Positions 14,853 to 29,751 of a stretch of DNA of 64,000 bases are shown one piece after another. Under the pieces are notes generated by a model. The model was not told the DNA's origin and did not search any database. It saw only the letters and a list, made by a program, of their open reading frames with translations. The position numbers were made by a program, and so were the translations under genes. Origin of the DNA: the human T2T-CHM13v2.0 reference genome, Homo sapiens. The stretch lies in the NCBI RefSeq assembly GCF_009914755.1, contig NC_060935.1. The stretch is one strand, 5' to 3'. Position 1 is the stretch's first letter. Each line of letters opens with the position of its first letter.

Positions 14853-16684
14853 TTCCTGTGTAGTCATTTTCTTTTACCTGGTCACAGCTTCTAGAAGGAA
14901 GCAAAGGTAACAGACACAGGAAGGGAAACAAACACTACTCCAATCAGAACTACTGCATCAACTCTAGTCATAAATAAGAAAAGGTCTCTCTCTCTGCCTT
15001 CAATATGATTAAAACTAAAACAGAACAAGATGTCCCTATTCAGCCCCATCCCTTTATTCTTAAACTATTTTCTGCTTAATCAAAATAAAATAAATACTCA
15101 ATTTTTCTCCCTCAGGACTAATTCCTTATGTTAGTGAGTAGTTAGATTAGGTGTACTCTTAAATTCACTTCTAAGGACCTCAAATCTTTGTTAATTCATC
15201 TGTTGCATCTGACATTTTGTTATTCTTTCCTAGCTAAAATAATAGTATTAATAATAACTGAGAGAATCAGAGAGAGAGTGTATATGAGCTCGTTTGAATA
15301 TAAATCCCTTTTTGAACTTTAAGGCACTATATATAATACAATAATTTATTTTTATTTACAATAATAATGATATATCTTATAGACAGAAACCATATCATCA
15401 GTCTAACATGTTTTCTACTGACACTTCTGTGTTAAATTTCTGTAAAACCAATATAACAAGTTCATAAGCATTAACAAATATGGTGTATCACCAGAAATAT
15501 AAAAAAAAATGGGATTTTAACTAAAGTAAAAAACTCTGAATGGTGACTTGAAGCAAATGCTTGTTTTGGTTTGTTTGTTTTTGTTTCCAGTATGTCAGAA
15601 ATATAAAAAGTCACAGAAGACATTTTGGTTGTATACATAAAAGGACTTCTCTTCGGGATTACCACTAGTCAAGAATAATTAAACATATACAGCCAAAGTT
15701 GTGAGGCCTATGTCTTTAAAATTTTTTAAAGAATCTCCTCCAAACAGTTTAGAATTTTACCTGTCTAAAAGCAGAAGGAGGCAAATTAAATTGCATATCT
15801 TCTTGCTCTACAATTCAAAAATATTAGACATTATCAATATATCCAAAGGAATCATTGCCTCGAAAGATAGAATTGAATCATTAAGGCCATGGTTTAGTAA
15901 AATCCAATTGGTTGCAGACCTCTATCTGTGACAGCCATGGCTACAGGCATGAGCTGTGATGTTTTAAACAAAGACTCATTGGCAGACTGGTAGAATTCAG
16001 AGAGAAAAGAAACTATGCCTAAAATAAAAGCGTCCTTTCAAATAAGAGCATCTGCCCAGACATGGAAAGTGCTCAACAGTACTGGCAACATAAATTGGCT
16101 TTATATGAATGTTTAAAATTCCTGTTTGTTATAGATGTAAAAGACTGGAATATATTCCACTGTATATTTAAAAATATGAACTTAGACATTCTTTAGAAAA
16201 TAAACTGACAGTTACTTAATATATCATCTGGCAATAATTTTTCTCATTACAAAAATTAATATATCACCACCCAGATATTAGTGGTGTATTCCATTCCTTT
16301 GTAGGGATAGAATATCTAACACTCTGCAATATACCCCTTAGTGTTTTTCTCTGATTGGTTATCAATAGAGCTGTATGTAAAATCATAATATACCTGTAAT
16401 CGTTTCAATAAGTAGATATTCGTGTATCCTTACCACTTCACTATAGCATGTATTAGACAGGCTCAGTGCTCTACAACCAAGCAACAGCTAAAATTGAGAC
16501 TTAAATGGCAAATGTGGGCAGTATGTAAACACAGGCTGGATAATTTGGTCTTCAAATCCTAGATTCCTGCAAATAATAAATTCACAGACTTACATTCATG
16601 CAAATTATAAGATTTCAAAATGCAAATATAATTGTGAATCTAGGTCTCTAAATATTCTGTATTAATTGAATTATTTAAATATAT

Positions 16685-17640
16685 CCCACATCACTAATTA
16701 TCAGAAAAATGCAAATCAGAACCACAGTGCGATACACTTCACTCCACTTAGAATGGCTATTATCAAAAAGGCAAAAGAAAACAAGTGTTGGTTTGAGGAT
16801 GTAGAGAAAAAGGAACACACACTCTTGGTGGGATTGTAAACTAGAGTGGCCATGATGAAAAATGGTATGAAGGTTTCCTTAAAAATTAATAGTAGAACTA
16901 TCTTATGACTCAGCAATCCCACTGCTGGGTATATATCCAAATAAAATGAAGTTAGTATGTCAAATAGACATCTGTGCTCCCATTTTCATTGCAGCACTAT
17001 TCACAATAGCCAAGATATGGAATCAACCTCAATCTGTATCAATGGATGATACAGATTTCTTCATCCATTGATACAGATTGGATAAAGAAAATGTGGTATA
17101 CACACAATGAAATATTCATTATGCAGCCATAAACAGGAATGAAATCCTGTCATTTGCATAACATAGATGAACCTAGGGGACATCACGTTAAGTAAAATGA
17201 ACCAGGCACCAAACGACAAATACCACAGGACCTCACTCATGTGGAATCTGAGAAAAAGATAACCCAAAACCACCAACAACAGAAAAGTTGATATTAAGAA
17301 GAGAGTGGAACAGAAACTGAGAGGTGGAGAGGAAAGGGGAGGATGGGGAGAGGCTGGCCAATGGATACAAAACTACAATTAGACAGGAGAATTAAATTCT
17401 GATGTACTATTGCACAGTAGGCTGACTATGGTTAACAGTAAAATAGTGTATATTAGAAAATAGCTAGAAGAGAAGCTCTTGAAGTCTCTCACCACAAAGA
17501 AATGGTAAATGCATGAGATATTGAATACACTACCTTGGTTGGATTATTATATAACATAGATATGTATCAAAACATAAAATTGTACCCCATAAATATGTAC
17601 AATTACATGACAATTTAAAATAAATATTTTAAAAAATAAA
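16685..17640 (+). mobile_element. 5'-truncated L1MA-type LINE-1 3' end
   Basis: catcactaattatcagaaaaatgcaaatcagaaccacag...cagcaatcccactgctgggtatatatcca...tgtaccccataaatatgtacaatt, A-rich tail. Confidence 0.92.
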
Positions 17641-18607
17641 TATGTCCTTCAATCAATTTGGGGCCAAATACTTACCTAATCTGAATTCAAGTCAAAGGCA
17701 GGACTGACTTTTTTTTTTTTAAGACGGGTTTTTTATGCCTTGAAATAGATCCTCTGCAAAATTATTTGGTGTCTAGTTACATATATTGAAATAGCCATCA
17801 TGAGTAATGTGATATTTTGTTTCATATGCAAAATGTTTTTCTACCAACCAAGTAGCATTTTATTCATCAATTGAATACACTAAAAATTATCAAAAAGTGA
17901 AGTAAAACGCCCTTTTTCCCCTTTTGTTTCTGTTATATCTGTATCATGAAATATGTATGACTCATTAGGTCTCATTTTCTAACACTGGAAGCTAACTAAA
18001 AGTGACTGTCAGTGTTTATAAAGTGTATTAACGTCTTCATAAAAAAACCCTTAAATTATTATTACTTTGTTTTTCTTCTCTAGTTATTCTTAACTACTTA
18101 GTCGATGCAAATTCAATACTATTTCAACAGCACTGATGATGTGCATTAGACATTGCTTCTGGCATCACGGTACTTGTGATACACCAGAAAAGATAAGTTG
18201 TAATCAGTGTAACACATACCTGTGACTAAAATAATACGTGATGTAAGAGTGATTTAGAGTTTGGTGTTTAGTTTAGCTAATACCACTTATAAACAAATTT
18301 AGAGATGTTTATATATCAAAACACTGTGTTGTATGTGACAGAAAAACTAATGCAATGATCTTGAAAATAAAAAACCAGTTTCGGTGTGGCTGTATCCATC
18401 AGCTGAAACTGTATTACATGAAACCTAGCCTCTTTGTCTCTGCTTTCCTTTGTGTTAATCTATCATTATTTTCAACACTGTGGTATGACATCAATTCCCT
18501 TTCCGTTTTACATAAGTTAGCAGGAAGTATCTCATGCTCATAAAAGAGGGAAAGATTCTGACCACAGAAGTCAAATGAAGGGCTTCGATCTGGATCTCAT
18601 TCAGTAA

Positions 18608-18946
<339 letters not shown>

Positions 18947-19056
18947 AAAGATTCTTTTAAGAAAGCATTAGTAGTAACATAGAGCTTGCACTGTATACAG
19001 GAGTAATGTAGTTAATTGTTACAAAGTTGTAAATGAAAGATGACCAATTTACTAGG

Positions 19057-19101
19057 CTCCACATAAAGTCACTCCACATAAAGTCGCTCCACATAAAGTC
19101 A
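19057..19101. repeat. 15-bp tandem triplication
   Basis: ctccacataaagtc(a/g) x3. Confidence 0.95.
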
Positions 19102-19104
19102 TTC

Positions 19105-19687
19105 TGTATTAGTTTTCCATTTTGCCATAATAAATTAGCACAGTCTTCGGACCTTAAAACAACACACACATTTTCTAACAATTCTGTCTGTCAAAAGTCC
19201 AGGTGGGCTTGACTGGGTACTCTGCTTAGAACCTCTCATGAAGCCAAAATCAAGGTATTGGCAGCCTTGTGCTCTTACCTGCTGGCTCTGTAGGAGATTC
19301 CACTTCTAAGATCATTCAGGTTATTGACAAAATTCAGTTCTTGTGATTGCAGGACTAAGGACCTTATTTCCTTGCTGGCTGTTAGCTGGAAGACCTCTAA
19401 GCCCTTAAGCTACCTACATTCCCTGTCCTGTTTCCTCTTCAATCTTTAAACAATTAATGGAGCACTGAGTAATTTTGATACTTGACTCTCTGATTTCCTT
19501 TTGGCCAAAACTCCCTGAATCCACAGAAAGTTCCCTGCCTTTAAGGACTCATGTGATTAGAGACCTAACCAGAAAATTGAGAATAATCTCCAGATCTTAA
19601 CGACTATAAGCTTAGTTATTTCTGCAAAGTCCTTTTTTATGTAACATATATATTCATAGGAATGGGATTAAAATTCTGCCTACCACA
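19105..19687 (-). mobile_element. MLT1D/E-like MaLR solo LTR
   Basis: tgtattagtttt...aaaatcaaggtattggcag...ctgcaaagtcc...aattctgcctaccaca. Confidence 0.85.
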
Positions 19688-20211
19688 CACTTGTTAGGGG
19701 TCAAATGCAATCTATAGAAGGGAATTGGACTTGGTTCTGTGAGAGCACAGAGGATCCTGAGAATTAAAGAGGCTCTGTCATATCAGGAGATGAGAGCAGA
19801 CTCTTAACAATGGAATCCAGGAGCTGAAGCAATAAGAAGACAATTCATGTTTTCAGCAAAAGACAGCAAGGAGCCATCTTCTGCAAAATTTAGTGAGCAA
19901 AGTACTAGAAATTGCCATATACTTCAAATTGAAGGAGCAAAATGTCCTGAAGTTTCCCAGGCATTGTGGGAAGCCAGCAATGAAAAGCAAAAAAATCTAT
20001 AAAGGGGCTGTGTCTTCACCAGCCATATAATTTTGCTATGTTTTTGTCTTATTAGCTCAACATATTAAAGCTTCTCAAACAGAATTTGGAAAGTAAGGAA
20101 TAACCTATTCAGTTTGCAAACATCTCTGAAGAAAGAAATTACACAACATTCTTTTTAACTCCTTTAGTAGCTTTTAAAATAAAATATTTGCCCTTATCTA
20201 TAATGTGATCA

Positions 20212-20409
<198 letters not shown>

Positions 20410-21227
20410 TCCTCCATTTGCTCCTTGGGTCATCCCTGATTAATACAGTACAAGCAAACTGAAGTTTAACTAGAGAAGTAAAAAGCTAAATTTTATTCTT
20501 CAACCAGATCCCATGAAAACAAGAGTACTTCATGTTGTATGATATTTGGGCACGTTACCATTGCTATAAATTGAGTGACAGATAGTAGAAAAGAGGACAC
20601 CTATGCCCTTTCATTTAGAGGCATGTAGGGAGGTGTGGTACACAGGTATTCCTAGGGGATAGTACCTGTGCATATAGCTGTTGAACATTAGTTTCTTAAT
20701 AATACTTAACATTTTTTGTGTTGTGAAATAAACTTTTCAGCAAAAAACTTCTATTTAAAGACAGAGATAAAAATAGCTTTTAGAAATTAAAAGTAGTGAA
20801 ATGAAAAAGATCTTCATTTAATTTTTAACTAATGGAGCTGTGTGAATTAAAAAGCATAAAAAACCCCAGCAGTAATTATTGTTGAGATGCTAGATGTCAG
20901 CTGCAGTTTTATTGCTAGATATGGTGTTGGACTGAACAATACTCAGGCACACAAATGGATATAACAGCAGGTGTTCTTTATTAAGCAGAAAGATGTATCT
21001 TCTTTACAGTCTTTGCTGCTGTTAGTTATGAGTACGGTGTCAAGTTCTGGTGGTCAATAGAGATTACCCACCTACCCATGTGGGTTAAAATGTAGCACTC
21101 AGTGGTAGATAAAAAGGGTGGTCATTAATTAAATGTTTTATTGAAGAAAGAGCATTATAAAGTAGATAGCTACTGTCTCTTTGGCCTACTATAATGTAAA
21201 TATTCAAGAGTATTCAGATTAGGTAAT

Positions 21228-22704
21228 AAAAAAGAGCCCGTATAGCCAAAACAATCCTAAGTAAAAAGAACAAAGATGGAGGCATCATGCTACCTGACTT
21301 CAAACTGTACTACAAGGCTACAGTAACCAAAAGAGCATGGTACTGGTACCAAAACAGATATATAGACCAGTGGAACAGAACAGAGGCCTCAGAAATAACA
21401 CCACACGTCTATAACCATGTGGTCTTTGACAAACCTGACAAAAACAAGCAATGGGGAAAGGATTCTCTATTTAGTAAATGGTGTTGGGAAAACTGGCTAG
21501 CTATATGCAGAAAACTGAAACAGACCCCTTCCTTACACCTTATACAAAAATTAACTCAAGATGGATTAAATACTTAAATATAAGGCCTAAAACCATAAAA
21601 ACCCTAGAAGAAAACCTAGGCAATACCATTCAGGACATAGGCATGGGCAAAGACTTCGTGACTAAAACACCAAAAGTAATGGCAACAAAAGCCAAAATCA
21701 ACAAATGGGATCTAATTAAACTAAAGAGCTTCTGCGCAGTAAAAGAAACTATCATCAGCGTGAGCAGGCAACCTACAGAATGGGGGAACATTTTTGCAAT
21801 CTACTTATCTGACAAAGGGCTAATATCCAGAATCTAGAAGGAACTTAAATTTACAAGAAAAAAAAAACCATCAAAAAGTAGGTGAAGGATATGAACAGAC
21901 ACTTCTCAAAAGAAGACATTTATGCAGCCAACAAAGTTATGAAGAAAAGCTAATCATCACTGGTCATTAGACAAATGCAAATCAAAACCACGATGAGATA
22001 CCATCTCATGCCAGTTAGAATGGTGATCATTAAAAAGCTAGGAAACAACAGATGCTGGAGAGGATGTGGAGAAATAGGAATGCTTTTACACTGTTGGTGG
22101 GACTGTAAATTAGTTCAACCTTTGTGGAAGACAATGTGGCGATTCCTCAAGGGTCTAGAACTAGAAATACCATTTGACCCAGCAATCCCATTACTGGGTA
22201 TATACCCAAAGGACTATAAATCATTCTACTCTAAAGACACATGCATACATTTGTTTCTTGCTGCACTGTTCACAATAGCAAAGACTTGGAACCAATCCAA
22301 ATGCCCTTCAGTGATAGACTGAATAAAGAAAATGTGGCACATATACACCCTGGAATACTAGGCAGCCATAAAAAGGATGAGTTCATGTCCTTTGCAGGGA
22401 CATGGATGAAGCTGGAAACCATCATTCTCAGCAAACTAACACAGGAACAGAAAACCAAACAACACCGTGTTCTCACTCATAAGTGGGAGCTGAACAATGA
22501 GAATATATGGGCACAGGGAGGGGAACATCACAAACCAGGGCCTGTTGGAGGCTGCGGGGCAAGGGGAGGGATAACTTTAGGAGAAATACCTAATGTAGAT
22601 GATGGGTTGATGAGTGCAGCAAACCACCATGGCACATGTATACCTATGTAACAAACCTGCACGTTCTGCACATGTATCCCAGAACTTAAAGGATAATAAA
22701 AAAA
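21228..22704 (+). mobile_element. 5'-truncated L1PA (L1PA7/8-like), frameshifted ORF2 C-terminus and 3'UTR
   Basis: ORFs 21287-21577 ([17 protein letters not shown]), 21478-21837 and 21975-22322 ([15 protein letters not shown] knuckle) are consecutive ORF2 pieces in different frames. Confidence 0.97.
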
Positions 22705-22852
22705 CAAAGTTTGTAAAACCCATGGGTTAATTTATCTGGAGTGGAACTCACACATACATATATACACACCTGCCACTCTTTGAGGGAGCTCCCTGCCTTG
22801 GCTATCAGTCTAATGGTGCAGCTGGGTTGCAGAGGCACAGACTGAGCTAAAA

Positions 22853-23028
22853 GCAGTAGATTTTAAGCCTTGCTGCACATTAAAATTATATTAAGGAAAT
22901 TTTAAGAATCCCAATGCCCATATTGAGCTCCAAGTCATTTGTATCAGAATGTCTGGGGGCTGGAGCCAGGGACTTTTGTAAAGATCCCCAGTTGATTCCA
23001 ATGTACTGTAACATTTAGGACCCACCGA
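22853..23028. mobile_element. MER5-type hAT MITE
   Basis: ttgctgcacattaaaatta...atcagaatgtctgggggctggagccagg...tccccagttgattccaatgtac. Confidence 0.75.
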
Positions 23029-23469
23029 CGTAAAGGTGAGCATTTGAGTAAGCATAGTAACTCCCCTGGGTATGTATTTATTAGGATCCATAGAATTACA
23101 GGTGCCTGCAAATAAAAATAATAGCTCATTAGAAATGTAAAGTTAATCAGAGGATAGGTGATGCTTATGCCACTAAGACTTTGGAAGACATTAACATTCT
23201 GAGAACCTCATATTTTGGCAAGTGTTAGTATAGGTAAGTTGGCTTGAAAAGGAACTCAGCGTTATGTGGGTCTAAAATAGAGAAACAAAAAGTGGCCTAT
23301 TCCGTTTTCCTTACTTCATAAGGAAGTGAGGTTTATAAAACTGTGAATGGTCTTACATAGGTTATTTCTATAGTACTTGGAATATGTACATGGAATGTAC
23401 AGGAAAGACTATTTTAAGATGACACGGGGCTAAAACCAGCCTATATTACAACAATTTGTTATTTTGATA

Positions 23470-24038
23470 GATGTTCAATTAATTTTTATAGTATAGAAAC
23501 CATACCAAAATTGAGTATCCTAAAACACCATCCTTTTATATATCTCATCATTCTGTAGGTCAGCTAAATTTTTTTTTGTTTGTATGTTGTTTTTTTTTAA
23601 GTATGGAATGATGGAACCAATCTCTACTGAGCTTGTTCTTGTGTTTGCTGGTTGCTGGTAGAACACTGGTGATTGGTTGGTGTAGCAAGACCTTGCTCAC
23701 TTATCTGGCAGTTGGAAGGCTGTTGGCAAGGGTCAAAAAATTGGCTAGCCCGTGTGTCTCTCTTTATACAGCAGGCCAAACCAGACTTTTTTCACATAGA
23801 ATCAGCAGTTGTGAAGGGAACATAAACAGATGCTGTAAAGACTCTTGAAATCTGGGCCAAAACTGACCCACTTTCACTTCTTCTGCATTCTATTGGTTAA
23901 AACAAGGCCAGCCCAAACTCAAGGGATAAAGAAATGTACTCCACTGTTTATTTGAGGGGCTAGAAAATCACATTGTAAAGGGACATGCACATAGGGATAG
24001 ATTAATGTTGTTATCATTATTTGTAGTGTACTACCATA
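23470..24038 (-). mobile_element. MLT1H-like MaLR LTR
   Basis: tctcatcattctgtaggtcag...tcacttcttctgcattctattggttaaaacaaggccagcccaaactcaaggg...ctaccata. Confidence 0.7.
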
Positions 24039-24820
24039 GAAAAAATATTTTTCCCACAATCATACATTTTCAACATCTCATTTTTTTCATCTTTAGTCAC
24101 AGCCATAACAGTCTTTCATAACTCTTTATGTACTTTTTTATTTGAAAAATTCTGTTTTGTCTTGTTTTCCAATTTAAAGTCATCTGACACGTGTGTCCAC
24201 TAATGTGGAAATCTTTCCCTGGAGCTCAATATAAACATAATATTTTTGTTTTTTTACAAAGGGTCGGATGGAAGACTAGGTATTCAAGTAATAGGTATTC
24301 AGCTAGTTTGAGCCTGGAGAGTAAGATATATTTAAAAAGTAGTTTCTGTATTTATTAAAACATATTATTTAGGCAATACTAAAATCATCTTCCCCATTCA
24401 CCCTTATCCACTTATGTTAGTGGGATGTTTCATAGAATTTCTACTGGGAAATGCTAACTTGTATAGGAGAGACCACTTACATTGCACTGTTCCTCTTTTC
24501 CAATCCTCTTCAAGCCTTCTCCCTACTAAAGAGGGAGTTAAGTAATTGAGTTCAACTAATTGGATTAAATGGATCATTTTTGCTAGTAGAAAGAACCACT
24601 TTGTTAAAAGACGTGCAGGTACTCTCTACCTTAAAAAAAGAAAAATGAAATTCTTCTTCCATGGCACTGGCTCAATTTGATCCAATAACTAACATTATTG
24701 TTTTGATTTATTGTAACGTGGCCAACCAGAATATATGCAACACAAAATTCAGATTCAAATTTAATAGAATAAGGCCCATGATTAGGTCCAAGAATAAGCT
24801 GTCTGGTCCAAGCCAGGTGT

Positions 24821-25405
24821 TGTAGACAGCCTCTGAGATGGTGTCCAGCGATCTCTGCCTTCTGGCTTTTATGCCTTTCTGTATTCTCCTCCCCTTGAGC
24901 ATGGATTGGATCTAGTGACTCACTGCTAACAAGTGTAATACTGCAAAAGTAATGGAATGCTATTTCTGTAATTAGTTTGGAAAAAAAAGACGGGATTTCC
25001 CTTTGGATGCCTTCTCTCACACACTTGCTTGCTTTGGGTAAACCAACTGCCATACTGTGAATTTCCCTATGGAAAGTCCTATATGGTGAGGAACTGAGGG
25101 AAGCCTTCAGCCCACAGCCACAGAGAAACTCAGTCTTTCAGTGAAAGCACCAGGGAAAAGTTATATCTTACCAACAAACTCCTAAGTAAGCTTAGAAGCA
25201 GATCCTTACTCGATGAGCCTTCAGATAAAAAGTACTACCCCAGCTGACAGCTTAACTGAAACTTCTTAAGATACCTTGTGCCAGAAGCACCCAGCTAAGC
25301 CATGCCAAATTCCTGACTCAGAGAAACTGTGAGATAATAAATGTTTCTTGTTTTAAGTCCCTAAATTTCATGGTGATGTGCTATGCAGCAGTAGATAACT
25401 AATAT
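24821..25405 (+). mobile_element. MLT1E/F-like MaLR LTR
   Basis: tgtagacagcctctgagatgg...ccccttgagcatggattggatctagtgactc...gaaactgtgagataataaatg...gcagcagtagataactaata. Confidence 0.85.
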
Positions 25406-26297
25406 GCTAGGCTTACTGTAGCTCTACATCTGGGGTCATTGAATACAGCAGACCCACTAATACAGTTATGTATTCTTTTATGCTTTTACTTTATTTAGCT
25501 CCGTTTGGAAATATCACTGACAGGCAGAAAAATATTCAGACACTTCTAAACTTTACTTATATTTTATTTTTTTATGTTTTATTTACTGATATGGATATGT
25601 ATTAATAGTTATAAAATTAACTATATGTCACTTATGTTAAATAAGCTTATATATTTATGAATAATGTGTGCATATATATTTATGAATATATATGTGAGTG
25701 CATGTATATTCATGAATATAAATGCGTGTATATCTCTCTATATATTTGATTGCCTGACCTTGATGTGTTCTTAGGGAATAGAAAATCAGCACTAACTAGC
25801 CCTATTTCAAACACTACTCCCCTCTTTCATAGAAGTAGCTTCTTCCACAGATTTCTATCTGGGTGTATTATATTACTTAATCATTTGGGACTAATCACAT
25901 ACAGACTATTATTTTTACTGCTTTCAAGGAGACTCCTTTCCTCATTTAGGTTGTGAAAGTGATGGCAGATTTCTAATTCTGTGGATCTAAAGCTAGAAAG
26001 AAAAAAGTACTGGCATAATCATTAATTAACTGTAAGATTCCATGGCCATGATCAAACCTCAATGAGCCTCAGCTCCCTTAATTTTAATGTAGATTTAATA
26101 TTAAAAATACATATTCCACATGTGTATATGAGAGCGATAAATATATAAAATAGAAAGTAACCATATTATACACTACGCAGAAGTAATGCTTGGTATATTG
26201 GAAGGGTGGAAATTGCTGGTGTTGATTGGATCGATTCAAAATAAAAGTCTTTACTGAAGACAAGCACAAGAAAGATGGGATAAGTAAATCACTTAAG

Positions 26298-26515
26298 CAC
26301 AGTTCTTAACCAGGGTGAAGAATGTCTATTTAGTCTACAACTAAACTTCAGGTTATCCATAAACTTCCTAAAATTGTGTGCAGAATTACATCCTTATGTA
26401 TTCATGAGAAACTAAGTGAGTGTGGGTGGATGACTGTGCATTTTTCAAGGGAGAATGTACATCATTGTCATCAGATACTCAAAGTGTTCATGGACAAAAA
26501 ATGCTTAGGTAGCCT
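26298..26515. mobile_element. hAT-Charlie MITE (MER103-like)
   Basis: cagttcttaaccag...aaattgtgtgcagaatt...gtgcatttttcaagggag...tcatcagatactcaaag. Confidence 0.55.
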
Positions 26516-26532
26516 TTTATTAAAGACTTTCT

Positions 26533-27810
<1,278 letters not shown>

Positions 27811-27819
27811 AAAAAAAAG

Positions 27820-28130
27820 TTATGGATGGGGTCAATAGTCAGTAAAACCAAACTGAGGAAAAATAATGAACTGGAAGATAGCCCTAATGAAATTTTCCAA
27901 AGTAAAGGAAAGAGAGAAAATTACTGAAAAATAAATAAATTCTAACTAAAACTAATTTGAAATGTAAAGGAAGAGAGAGAAAAGCATAGAGTTAATATTT
28001 GGGAAGGTAATGGTTGAGAATTTTCCAGGAGAGATAAAAGACAATAATACTCAGCTTCGGGAAACCCAGTGAGTCCCAAACAGAATACATAAATTAGGAT
28101 TCCACATCTAGACACATCAAAGAGGCACTC
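27820..28130 (+). mobile_element. Ancient L1 ORF1 remnant
   Basis: gaactggaagatag (ELED), aatggttgagaattttccag (M.ENFP), cccaaacagaata..ccacatctagacacatc (PNRI..TSRHI), L1 ORF1 hallmarks. Confidence 0.6.
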
Positions 28131-28673
28131 TAACTATTATGGTAATAAAGAGTTTAATTATGCCTGGCAGAAATGTTGGAAGAGAAAGAAGAGTGAAAGT
28201 CATGGAAGGTGCCAGGGAAGGTTATGGAAGCAACAACTTGAAGGTCTGAAAAGCAGACATTGGCGACTTCAGCCTGAAGCATCAAAGTTTCTGGTTCTCA
28301 AAAGCTTATCCAAGAACAGCTGCAACTCTCAGGAATCTGAAAAAGTTCCTAATAACTGTCAAATCAAATGGCTCTCAACCACTTATTTAGAAGTCTTTTT
28401 GCATCTCACTAAGTATCCTGAATCTACATAGGAAAGGGAATTCTGGCAAATGCAGTTTCTAGTTGTAAAAGAGACATTGGAAGAATGAGACAATGATAAC
28501 AAGTTAAGAGCAAATAATCCAGCACACTAAGTAAAATTCTAACGTCTTCAGATAATAAGTGAAGGGATTATCTTTATTATTTTAAGGTATTTATGCTAAA
28601 ACACAAAAAAATATGAACCAACAAATTTCAGAAATTCCTCAACTTAAAATGATAAAAAATTCTGCGTATCTAA

Positions 28674-29115
<442 letters not shown>

Positions 29116-29217
29116 TCTTTTTTCTTTCTTTCTTTCTTTTTTTTTTTTTTTCTGAAGCTAGGTACAAGATTTGATATCAATCCCTGGGATTACAGGCATG
29201 AGCCACCACGCCCGGCC
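29116..29217 (-). mobile_element. Collapsed Alu: 34-nt Alu 5' end + 32-nt non-Alu filler + A-rich tail
   Basis: 29184-29217 ctgggattacaggcatgagccaccacgcccggcc; 29152-29183 non-Alu; 29116-29151 T/CTTT tract. Confidence 0.85.
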
Positions 29218-29377
29218 TAAAATTTTCTTCAGAGTTGCTGTATCATATTATCAATTCAAACCAATCTCTGAAAAATATTGTTTAGTATCATATACATATT
29301 CTATGAGCTAATTGCCCTAGCATATAATGAATTTCCTTTCCAGCAATAGTTAGACAAAGATAGGAGACATAATCTCC

Positions 29378-29751
29378 ATCTTGCTCAGTTCAGACTCCCA
29401 TAATAAAATACTATAGACAAAGCAGCCTAAACAGCATTTATTTCTCACAGTTTTAGAGGCTGGGAAATCTGAGATCATGGTGCCAGCATGGCCAGGCTCT
29501 AGGGGGGGCCTTCTTTCTCACAGGAGGCTACCTTCTTTCTATATCTTCGTACCTGTAGAGAAAGACAGACACAGATGAGAGCTAGAGGAAACTCTCTAGT
29601 CTCCTCTTATAAGGACACTAATCTCGTCATGAGAACTGCACCCTCATTTAAACCCAATAACCTCCAAAAGGCTCCATCTCCAAATATCATCATACCGGGG
29701 GTTAGGGCTTCAACATACGAACTTTTGGGGGACACAATTCGGTCCATAGTA
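29378..29751 (-). mobile_element. MLT1A-type MaLR solo LTR
   Basis: atttatttctcacagttttagaggctgggaa..gagatcatggtgccagcatgg..tcttataaggacactaatc..gggggacacaattcggtccatag. Confidence 0.88.

Noticed and set aside
19921-20005. Short similarity to the start of RPSA (gaaggag..atgtcct.aagtt)
   Set aside because: Match is brief, spacing to the next similar block is wrong and it does not continue; likely chance
21287-22651. ORFs resembling a real protein
   Set aside because: Frameshifted, 5'-truncated L1 ORF2 and 3'UTR; not a host gene or an active L1
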